6,312 nucleotides of DNA from IMG/VR virus record IMGVR_UViG_2667527806_000009. One strand, written 5' to 3'. The stretch comes from a virus. Lineage: Duplodnaviria; Heunggongvirae; Uroviricota; Caudoviricetes. Under the pieces are notes generated by a model. That model saw nothing but the letters and a program-made list of their open reading frames with translations, ran no database searches and was not told where the DNA came from. Below, piece after piece: positions 1-5,505 of this stretch; the stretch's first letter is position 1, and each line of letters opens with the position of its first letter. The translations under genes and the position numbers were made by a program.

Positions 1-69
1 GCTGCATGACAAGGTCATCGGGCATTATCTGAACATAAAACACTATCAGTAAGTTGGAGTCATTACCTA

Positions 70-321
70 CTAACAGGATGCTCTGACTCGCAATTCATCC
101 AGCAGTTTATCATTTCCCATAATGTCACTTACCCTCATCGGTAAAAAAATTGCCTTTCGACCATTACGATACATTATTGATTTTGGGGTTTCAGGGAAGT
201 AATCCATTTCGACTATAACTGACAGGTCATCACGACGTATGACTGCGTATTTGCTACTAAATAGTTTCTTTATTTTTTCCACGATGCCCCCAGGTTTATA
301 AGTACAAACGGTTATATCCAC
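70..321 (-). CDS. rem: Small hypothetical protein, 83 aa, possibly Rem-like (Qin prophage)
   Basis: Minus-strand ORF with GTG start and no clear Shine-Dalgarno; AT-rich coding sequence. Called Rem-like only from size (83 aa) and position next to a hokD-type gene, as in E. coli K-12 Qin; sequence identity was not verified from memory. Confidence 0.4.
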   Translation of the reverse strand: MDITVCTYKPGGIVEKIKKLFSSKYAVIRRDDLSVIVEMDYFPETPKSIMYRNGRKAIFLPMRVSDIMGNDKLLDELRVRASC

Positions 322-464
322 ATAGAGACAAAAATATTAATCTGATAAATATTTATTTCACGCCGTATATTTGATTGTTTAATGTGCAAGTACAATGACT
401 TTTATTTTTTGTTGTGTATATAATCAAATATATGGTTATTTTTCACCCTGCGTATTCAGCACGC

Positions 465-490
465 AACAAAAAACCCGCCGAAGCGGGTTT
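465..490 (-). terminator. Rho-independent terminator at the 3' end of the hok transcript
   Basis: Minus-strand hairpin CCCGC-TTCG-GCGGG (plus 474-487) followed by a U-tract (minus strand GGGTTTTTTGTT), 70-90 nt downstream of the hok stop codon. Confidence 0.7.
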
Positions 491-557
491 AGTGCGGGTG
501 CGTTGAGGATGCCTGACACATGAGAGGTGGCGAGGGATTTCTCCCCCGCCTGGTCTC

Positions 558-713
558 TTACTCCTCAGGTTCGTAAGCTGTGAAGACAGCGACCTCCGTC
601 TGGCCGGTTCGGATTCGTACCTCGCAGAGGTCTTTCCTCGTTACCAGTGCCGTCACTATGACGGTTAAACAGATGACGATCAGGGCGATTAACATCGCCT
701 TTTGCTGCTTCAT
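558..713 (-). CDS. hok: Hok/Gef family type I toxin, 51 aa (HokD/RelF-like)
   Basis: Translation MKQQKAMLIALIVICLTVIVTALVTRKDLCEVRIRTGQTEVAVFTAYEPEE has the Hok family layout: one N-terminal transmembrane helix and the conserved C-terminal periplasmic segment with Cys. AAGGAG lies about 9 nt upstream of this ATG. Confidence 0.85.
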   Translation of the reverse strand: MKQQKAMLIALIVICLTVIVTALVTRKDLCEVRIRTGQTEVAVFTAYEPEE

Positions 714-770
714 AGCCTGCTTCTCCTTGCCTTTCGGCACGTAAGAGGCTAACCTACATTTGTGAGACAT
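558..770 (-). CDS. mok-like upstream reading frame (in-frame N-terminal extension of hok, 70 aa)
   Basis: ATG at 768-770 within the conserved hok leader, at the position where the mok frame starts in characterised hok/sok loci. Here it is in frame with hok. Whether it is translated as a separate modulator is not determinable from sequence. Confidence 0.35.
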   Translation of the reverse strand: MSHKCRLASYVPKGKEKQAMKQQKAMLIALIVICLTVIVTALVTRKDLCEVRIRTGQTEVAVFTAYEPEE

Positions 771-895
771 AGATTGGGCCTCAGATTAATGTTAAGCGTC
801 TTGCAGGACGCGTAATGTTAACTGGGGCTTTTCTCTGTCTGCCTTACAGTGGCATGCCCGAGGCAGACAGCCTCAAGCACCCGCAGCAATCTTAC
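714..895 (-). promoter_or_regulatory. hok mRNA 5' leader (sok target, translation-control stem-loops)
   Basis: Minus-strand leader begins near GGGTGCTTGAGGC and contains paired segments (plus 835-843 CTGTCTGCC with 862-870 GGCAGACAG). A diverged second copy lies at 2868-3014. Confidence 0.6.
760..838 (+). ncRNA. Putative Sok-like antisense RNA (copy A)
   Basis: Plus-strand segment antisense to the hok leader and mok start, with a candidate promoter (TTGCCT, 17 nt, TAACCT at 727-755) and ending near GGGGCTTTTCTCT. Boundaries are approximate and by analogy to plasmid R1 hok/sok. Confidence 0.35.
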
Positions 896-1051
896 CGATA
901 CCGATAAGAAAACGCTATTTTTTATTGCCAGCACCTTCTATCCAGGCTAATTTATCTGCGTCAGAACGGCGCAATGCGCTCGCCTGAGATACGTTTACTT
1001 GCCATGGTAACAACAGGTAACGGCAATTGCTGTTTCTGTTTTGTTTCCTTC

Positions 1052-1088
1052 AAAAACCCCGGACCATCAATCCGGGGTTTTTGTTTGT
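1052..1088. terminator. Bidirectional rho-independent terminator
   Basis: AAAAA-CCCCGGA-CCATCAA-TCCGGGG-TTTTTGTTTGTT: a 7-bp GC-rich stem flanked by an A-run and a T-run, immediately downstream of the last gene of the minus-strand operon (stop at 1168). Confidence 0.75.
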
Positions 1089-1167
1089 TAACCCCAACGG
1101 CAAATCGAATACACCACCAGCGCCACCGCCATCGCAATTCCTACCGTGGTGAATGCCTCAGGCCAGG

Positions 1168-1533
1168 TCATTGATTCACCTCCTGCGGTGGTTCCGGTAG
1201 CGGCATCCAGTGAGTTGAGCTCTCTACTTCAACGCCGTCTTTGTCCACAAAAGCCATCTTATTCCCGCCACGAGTGGGGCAAAAAACCTTATCCCAGGAA
1301 CCGGGGAATACATTCCCGAGATCATCGAGAAGAATCACATCGCAATATTCAGCAGGAACTGCATCACTACAGCTTATCCAGCCAGCCAGAGTTACCGGAG
1401 AGTTGCCAGCCTTACGCATGGCCATTTCCACGATTTCAACCATATCTCCTGGTGGAATTTTACAAAGTTGCCCAATACATTTCTGCTGCCTGGCATATTC
1501 GAGAATGTGCTCCAGTTTGGTTCGATTAATCAT
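1168..1533 (-). CDS. Hypothetical phage protein, 121 aa
   Basis: Minus-strand ORF with GGGAG about 7 nt upstream of the ATG; its start overlaps the upstream gene stop (TAATG), indicating translational coupling. No family recognised. Confidence 0.7.
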   Translation of the reverse strand: MINRTKLEHILEYARQQKCIGQLCKIPPGDMVEIVEMAMRKAGNSPVTLAGWISCSDAVPAEYCDVILLDDLGNVFPGSWDKVFCPTRGGNKMAFVDKDGVEVESSTHWMPLPEPPQEVNQ

Positions 1534-2198
1534 TATTTATCTCCCTTAAGCATGGCAGCGCGGCAGGCGTTCCAGCCATCAACATAATCAAACGTATTAC
1601 TATCGTTTGGCCCGATTTCATCCGGCACTATCGGCTCTGGTTGGATAGTGACGTTGGCAAAGGCAGCACGCAAACCGGTTTTAATTTCTTCGATTTCATC
1701 AGAGCCAAGCGATGAATCTGACAGTGCGTGATGGAATGCGTAAGCCATGTCGTCGTTTACTGCAACCGGCACTGCCGGCGCTGCGTAAAGCGGTGTTATA
1801 TCTGCCCGAAAATCACATGCTTTATGCAGTCGTACCCAACGCTCAACTTCCGCTTTGTAAAAATATATAGCAGTGAACGTATTAGATTCCTGGTCAACTT
1901 GAGTAAACGTCACCTTCCACGCTACAGCTACGGCTTTCCATCCATCAGGTTGTCGCATTCGCGGGGCAGCATAAAGCTCATGCATTCCATCAGGCAGCGA
2001 GTGACCCACATACTCACCGAACCCATCAATACACATGCCCCCATCTTCAACAATGCATTCCGCTACAGGCTCTGCTTCCAGTGATGCCAGAGCGATAAGC
2101 GCCAGTTCACGAATTTCACCGCCGTCTATATCGTCAATATCATCGCGGCCAGAAATGTTAGCCAGCCATTGCAGTCGCTCTTTGGTAATAGTAGTCAT
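1533..2198 (-). CDS. Hypothetical phage protein, 221 aa, acidic N-terminal region
   Basis: Minus-strand ORF with AAGGGG 7 nt upstream of the ATG; start overlaps the HNH gene stop (ATGA). Asp/Glu-rich N-terminus (DDIDDIDGGEIRE). No family recognised. Confidence 0.75.
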   Translation of the reverse strand: MTTITKERLQWLANISGRDDIDDIDGGEIRELALIALASLEAEPVAECIVEDGGMCIDGFGEYVGHSLPDGMHELYAAPRMRQPDGWKAVAVAWKVTFTQVDQESNTFTAIYFYKAEVERWVRLHKACDFRADITPLYAAPAVPVAVNDDMAYAFHHALSDSSLGSDEIEEIKTGLRAAFANVTIQPEPIVPDEIGPNDSNTFDYVDGWNACRAAMLKGDK

Positions 2199-2560
2199 GC
2201 CGTAGCCCCTTCTTGATATATTTCAAACCAGAACACAACCGGGTCAGATTTCATTTCAACCAATCCCATACGAACCAGCGCTTTGCCTTTCCCGGACGCA
2301 AGGAATTCACGACGACCATCACTGATAATTCGTCGATAATCTTCCAGGCTACTGCAATGCTTGTGCAGATTGCATGGGTGGCATTCTGGTACCATGTTGG
2401 ATATATCGTCACGTTCCTGGTGAAGCATATTTCCATCAAAACGAATGACCGGTTTTACATGGTCTGCATGCCACTTTTCGCCAAGTTCGCAGCCGCAATA
2501 AGCGCAGCGACCACCGAACTTCATGCGCAGTTCTGCACGTTGTTTTTTCGTCAGTGCCAT
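2195..2560 (-). CDS. HNH endonuclease, 121 aa
   Basis: Translation contains the HNH motif: CAYCGC, HADH, an Asn, then CHPCNLHKH. Start placed at the internal ATG (MALTKK...) preceded by AAGGAAAG at good spacing; the 151-aa ORF-track extension from 2650 has no SD and would overlap the upstream small ORF. Confidence 0.8.
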   Translation of the reverse strand: MALTKKQRAELRMKFGGRCAYCGCELGEKWHADHVKPVIRFDGNMLHQERDDISNMVPECHPCNLHKHCSSLEDYRRIISDGRREFLASGKGKALVRMGLVEMKSDPVVFWFEIYQEGATA

Positions 2561-2561
2561 A

Positions 2562-2780
2562 TCAGCTTTCCTTATACGGATTAATTTTATTGTGCAGTGT
2601 GTTGAATGACGCCCATACCACGTCGTTATACAATTCAATAACTGGCTCAATTATTTTTCCGATTATCCAGACAAAAATTTGCGGGGATATCGGTGTCATC
2701 AACACGATAAACAGAATGAGAAACAGGAATTCTGTTGTTCTACTCTTTCGCGGATATTTTTTTCTAAATAATGTAACCAT
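2562..2780 (-). CDS. Small hydrophobic (putative membrane) protein, 72 aa
   Basis: Minus-strand ORF with a hydrophobic stretch (FLFLILFIVLMTPISPQIFVWIIGKII); its stop is 1 nt before the HNH start (TGAnATG). The ATG sits 6 nt after the terminal hairpin of the 70-bp repeat. AT-rich with no canonical SD, so coding status is uncertain. Confidence 0.4.
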   Translation of the reverse strand: MVTLFRKKYPRKSRTTEFLFLILFIVLMTPISPQIFVWIIGKIIEPVIELYNDVVWASFNTLHNKINPYKES

Positions 2781-2786
2781 TCATTA

Positions 2787-2856
2787 CCGCCCTTTCGGGC
2801 GGTCTCCTGATGATTTGAGGGTGCAGAAATCCCTCCGGTTAAGGATTAAATTTTTA
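2787..2856. repeat. 70-bp structured direct repeat, copy 1 (abuts the N gap)
   Basis: Identical over all 70 nt to 3816-3885. Contains a GNRA-type hairpin (minus strand CCGCCC-GAAA-GGGCGG) and a second stem GAGGG..CCCTC. May extend into the N run. Confidence 0.9.
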
Positions 2857-2866
2857 NNNNNNNNNN
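2857..2866. other. Run of 10 N (unresolved sequence or scaffold gap)
   Basis: Ten ambiguous bases lie between the 70-bp repeat and the hok-B leader, where a hok-type CDS of about 180 bp would be expected. Confidence 0.95.
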
Positions 2867-2867
2867 T

Positions 2868-3014
2868 GTAAGAGGCTAACCTACATGTGCAAAGCATGAA
2901 ATTGGCCTCAGATTAATGTTAAGCGTCTTGCCGGACGCGTAATGTTAACTGGGGCTTTTCTCTATCTGCCTTTTGGTGTTCATGCCTGAAGCAGATAGCC
3001 TCAAGCACCCGCAG
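2868..3014 (-). promoter_or_regulatory. Second hok-type leader (hok-B) with mok-like start, truncated by the gap
   Basis: About 147 bp alignable to 741-886 at roughly 85-90% identity by eye. A mok-like ATG at 2895-2897 (minus) opens a frame (MLCTCRLASY...) that runs into the N gap. Confidence 0.6.
2887..2965 (+). ncRNA. Putative Sok-like antisense RNA (copy B)
   Basis: Homologous to the copy-A antisense segment, ending near GGGGCTTTTCTCT; the expected -35 region would fall in the N gap. Boundaries approximate. Confidence 0.3.
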
Positions 3015-3067
3015 TCATTCTACTTACCTCGCCAATATGAAATCAATCAGAAAGGTGCCCCATAAAA

Positions 3068-3754
3068 TCACTCCTTCTCTTCTTTACCGTAGTGGAGTTG
3101 ACCAATTTTGATAAGAGGGCGTCCCTGAGATTTGCGGTGTAGATTGGTATCGCGCAGAGAATACACACAGCCACAATATTCCTGCTGATAGAATTTTTCG
3201 CGCTTGCTGATTTCAATCATACGGGACGAGCCGCCCTGCTTGCGCCAGTTATAATCCCAGTACACCATGCCCGGATAATGCGCGACGGCTCGCCGCCCAC
3301 AGTCGTTAACCTGCTGCATATTTTTCCAGCGTGAAATGCCCAGTGAACTGCTGATCACACTGAAACCATTTTCAGCGGCGTACAGCGCTGTCCGCTCAAA
3401 ACGCATGTCAAAACACATGGTGCAACGGATCCCTCGTTCGGGCTCCCATTCCATTCCTTTGGCTCGTTCAAACCAGTTGTCTGTGTCGTAATCAGCATCA
3501 ATAAACGGCACGCCGTGTTGTTCAGCAAAGCGAATATTCTCATCCTTACGAATTAAATACTCTTTCTGAGGATGAATGTTCGGGTTGTAGAAAAAGATGG
3601 TGTAGTCGATTTCCGAGGCCTGAAGCGCCTCCATCACCTCACCGGAACATGGAGCACAGCAAGAGTGCAGTAGTAGTTTGTTTGCCCCGTTTGGGAGCTC
3701 CAATTTGGGCCGTTTGAAATCAGCAACTGTCATAAATATGTTTATTGAGGTCAT
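3068..3754 (-). CDS. queH: Epoxyqueuosine reductase QueH family protein (DUF208), 228 aa
   Basis: Translation carries the QueH/DUF208 signature Cys motifs: [11 protein letters not shown] near the N-terminus, [14 protein letters not shown], and C-terminal EYCGCVYS. No clear SD before the first ATG, so the exact start is uncertain. Confidence 0.8.
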   Translation of the reverse strand: MTSINIFMTVADFKRPKLELPNGANKLLLHSCCAPCSGEVMEALQASEIDYTIFFYNPNIHPQKEYLIRKDENIRFAEQHGVPFIDADYDTDNWFERAKGMEWEPERGIRCTMCFDMRFERTALYAAENGFSVISSSLGISRWKNMQQVNDCGRRAVAHYPGMVYWDYNWRKQGGSSRMIEISKREKFYQQEYCGCVYSLRDTNLHRKSQGRPLIKIGQLHYGKEEKE

Positions 3755-3815
3755 AAAAATATCAAAGAGTGTAGCATTAGAACGGGGCTATCGGAAACAG
3801 ATGTGTGACTGCTCC

Positions 3816-3885
3816 CCGCCCTTTCGGGCGGTCTCCTGATGATTTGAGGGTGCAGAAATCCCTCCGGTTAAGGATTAAATTTTTA
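3816..3885. repeat. 70-bp structured direct repeat, copy 2
   Basis: Identical to 2787-2856, same orientation, offset 1029 bp. Sits in the intergenic space between the 3902 stop and the queH start. Confidence 0.9.
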
Positions 3886-3901
3886 ACAGTGCTAAATTTA
3901 A

Positions 3902-4258
3902 TTATTCAGTTCTGGATTTTGTCGCCCTGCGTATCCGCGCTTTCGCGTTACGCTCAATCTGTATCAGCTTTTCTATATTTCTCCGCCTTTCCTGTTCCTC
4001 CTGGCGCAATAGCCTTACATCATCTGCCAGTCTGGTTTCTCTTTTTGCCACAGAGAGCATCCAGTCAAACGGCTCCACAACCGCACCGCAGATTTTACAG
4101 CGGACCTGACGCTCTTTTTCGTCAACCCGTACAGAGGCGTGATGGCAATATGGTCTTTCCGATGGCTTATAAAGAAAATTAACCTGATTACGAGGGTCAT
4201 CCTCTTTTATCGGAAATAAAACGATATTGCTTAACTCATCTTCTGGTTTTATTTCCAT
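3902..4258 (-). CDS. Small putative zinc-ribbon protein, 118 aa (137 aa if started at 4315)
   Basis: CHH...CKICG Cys/His cluster and a basic, coiled-coil-like C-terminus. Preferred start is the ATG at 4256-4258, preceded by AAGGAG at 6-nt spacing; the alternative ATG at 4313-4315 abuts the upstream stop (TGAATG). Confidence 0.55.
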   Translation of the reverse strand: MEIKPEDELSNIVLFPIKEDDPRNQVNFLYKPSERPYCHHASVRVDEKERQVRCKICGAVVEPFDWMLSVAKRETRLADDVRLLRQEEQERRRNIEKLIQIERNAKARIRRATKSRTE

Positions 4259-4315
4259 GCTCCTCTCCTTTGATGCGAATGCCAGCGGTAATTGAAGCCT
4301 GATAGCTAATTTCAT

Positions 4316-4738
4316 TCACAGTATCGCCTCCTGAAAATTACCCTGATAGAAAGCCAGTACACGCTGCATAGCTTCGCTCTTCCGGCACTCGCGACAGATT
4401 ATATTCAGGCGCCTGTCGTAGCGGCGTATTTCTCCGTCAGGTAATGACCAGATAAGGTCCGGATCAACAACAACCGGTTTCCTCACCTTTACTCTCGAGA
4501 GTTTTTTGCGGGCGCTTTGCCAGTCCTTGCGAGCCTGTTCAGACGGGAATAAGCCGTAGCCAGAATTATATACATCACCACTTGCGACCAGTTCTATGCA
4601 TAAGCGACCGACAGACGCACGACTGATACCTGTTTCATCGGACAACTGCCGAATCGTGACCCGACCGTCCTGATGCACGAGTTCCACAATTCGCGTCTTC
4701 AGTTCTTCCCGCTGTTCGGGAGTAAAAGGTTTCGCCAT
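4316..4738 (-). CDS. Putative winged-helix/HTH DNA-binding protein with C-terminal CxxC, 140 aa
   Basis: AGGAGG upstream of the ATG. HTH-like segment (TIRQLSDETGISRASVGRL) and C-terminal CRECRK. No named family recognised. Confidence 0.7.
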   Translation of the reverse strand: MAKPFTPEQREELKTRIVELVHQDGRVTIRQLSDETGISRASVGRLCIELVASGDVYNSGYGLFPSEQARKDWQSARKKLSRVKVRKPVVVDPDLIWSLPDGEIRRYDRRLNIICRECRKSEAMQRVLAFYQGNFQEAIL

Positions 4739-4752
4739 AAATCCTCCTGAAA

Positions 4753-5499
4753 CTACTTAACAACCCTCGAATGGCTAACATTCGGACGCCAGCTCTCCCA
4801 GTTAAAATTCACCCAGCGCCCGCCGTTCATGACCATGCGATCCATCACCCGCTCGCCGAGAAGTGTATTCATCGCTGCATGGTTAATATTTGTCAGCATC
4901 CCCACACCGCGTAACGATGCCGTCCGGCGATCAACAATCTGGTTCAGTACCACCTGCTCGTTTTTCGTATCCCGCTGCATGCCAATTTCATCCAGGACCA
5001 GCAGGTCAACACCACAAAGCTCCTGTAAAAATTTTTCACCGGATTTGCCGTTGTCGTAGCTCTCATGCAACACGCTCATGACATCGGACACGGTGACGAT
5101 AATCACGCTACGCCCCTTCGCCATCAGCCGGTTGCCAATCGCGGCTGCAAGATGATTTTTTCCGGTGCCGGGCTTACCGCTGAACACAAAATTCGTACAG
5201 CCTGTCATCAGTTCGTCAGCTATGGATTTCGCCTGACTCAGTGCATGTCGCTGACCGTCGTTCTGCGCCCGGTAATTCGCAAACGAACACTTCCGGTGCA
5301 ACGGCTGGATGCCGGAGCGGTTCAGGATTTTTTCCACCCGCAACTGACGATTCAGGCGGTTGATCTCCTCGCAACGTTTCTGGCCTTCAGCAAGTTGCCA
5401 CTCGCGCCACTCCGCAACCGTTCTGAATGGGGCGGTTACATGTGGTGGGGTCAGTCTGCGGATACGCTCCAGAACGCCTCCTGTCGCAATATTTTTCAT
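4753..5499 (-). CDS. DnaC/IstB-like AAA+ helicase loader (phage replication protein P-type), 248 aa
   Basis: Walker A GKPGTGKNHLAAAIG and Walker B LLVLDEIG; positioned directly after the putative initiator, as in lambdoid replication modules with a DnaC-like loader (Rac ydaU/ydaV arrangement). Confidence 0.85.
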   Translation of the reverse strand: MKNIATGGVLERIRRLTPPHVTAPFRTVAEWREWQLAEGQKRCEEINRLNRQLRVEKILNRSGIQPLHRKCSFANYRAQNDGQRHALSQAKSIADELMTGCTNFVFSGKPGTGKNHLAAAIGNRLMAKGRSVIIVTVSDVMSVLHESYDNGKSGEKFLQELCGVDLLVLDEIGMQRDTKNEQVVLNQIVDRRTASLRGVGMLTNINHAAMNTLLGERVMDRMVMNGGRWVNFNWESWRPNVSHSRVVK

Positions 5500-5505
5500 G
5501 GTCTG

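Noticed and set aside
974-1174. 66-aa plus-strand ORF spanning the bidirectional terminator
   Set aside because: Runs through a strong terminator hairpin, has low-complexity translation and no RBS; the region is better explained as intergenic (hok promoter region plus terminator).
1146-1549. Plus-strand ORFs 1146..1529 (127 aa) and 1241..1549 (102 aa)
   Set aside because: Antisense to the 121-aa minus-strand gene, which has a good RBS and translational coupling to its upstream neighbour; all other genes in the operon are on the minus strand.
1728-2584. Plus-strand ORFs 1728..2084 and 2213..2584
   Set aside because: Antisense to the 221-aa and HNH genes; Cys/Arg-rich low-complexity translations; no RBS.
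2195-2650. 151-aa N-terminally extended version of the HNH gene
   Set aside because: The upstream ATG at 2650 has no SD and would overlap the small upstream ORF by about 90 nt, whereas the internal ATG at 2558-2560 has a strong AAGGAAAG RBS and leaves the HNH domain intact.
2787-2802. Hairpin CCGCCC-GAAA-GGGCGG considered as a nut-site boxB
   Set aside because: No boxA-like sequence (CGCTCTTA) in the expected position upstream, and a tetraloop rather than the pentaloop of lambda/P22 boxB; more likely a generic stable GNRA hairpin.
2787-2856. 70-bp repeat considered as a tRNA or tRNA-like gene
   Set aside because: No T-loop (GTTCRA) motif, no cloverleaf-compatible acceptor/anticodon arms and no CCA context in either orientation.
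2787-3885. Repeat pair considered as a CRISPR array
   Set aside because: Only two copies, 1029 bp apart, with protein-coding sequence between them; 70 bp is longer than CRISPR repeats; no cas genes.
2554-4182. Plus-strand ORFs 2554..2871 and 3805..4182, both encoding RPFGRSPDDLRVQKSLRLRIKFL
   Set aside because: The shared peptide is simply the 70-bp repeat read in one frame; the first ORF runs into the N gap and the second is antisense to the zinc-ribbon gene. Not independent evidence of coding.
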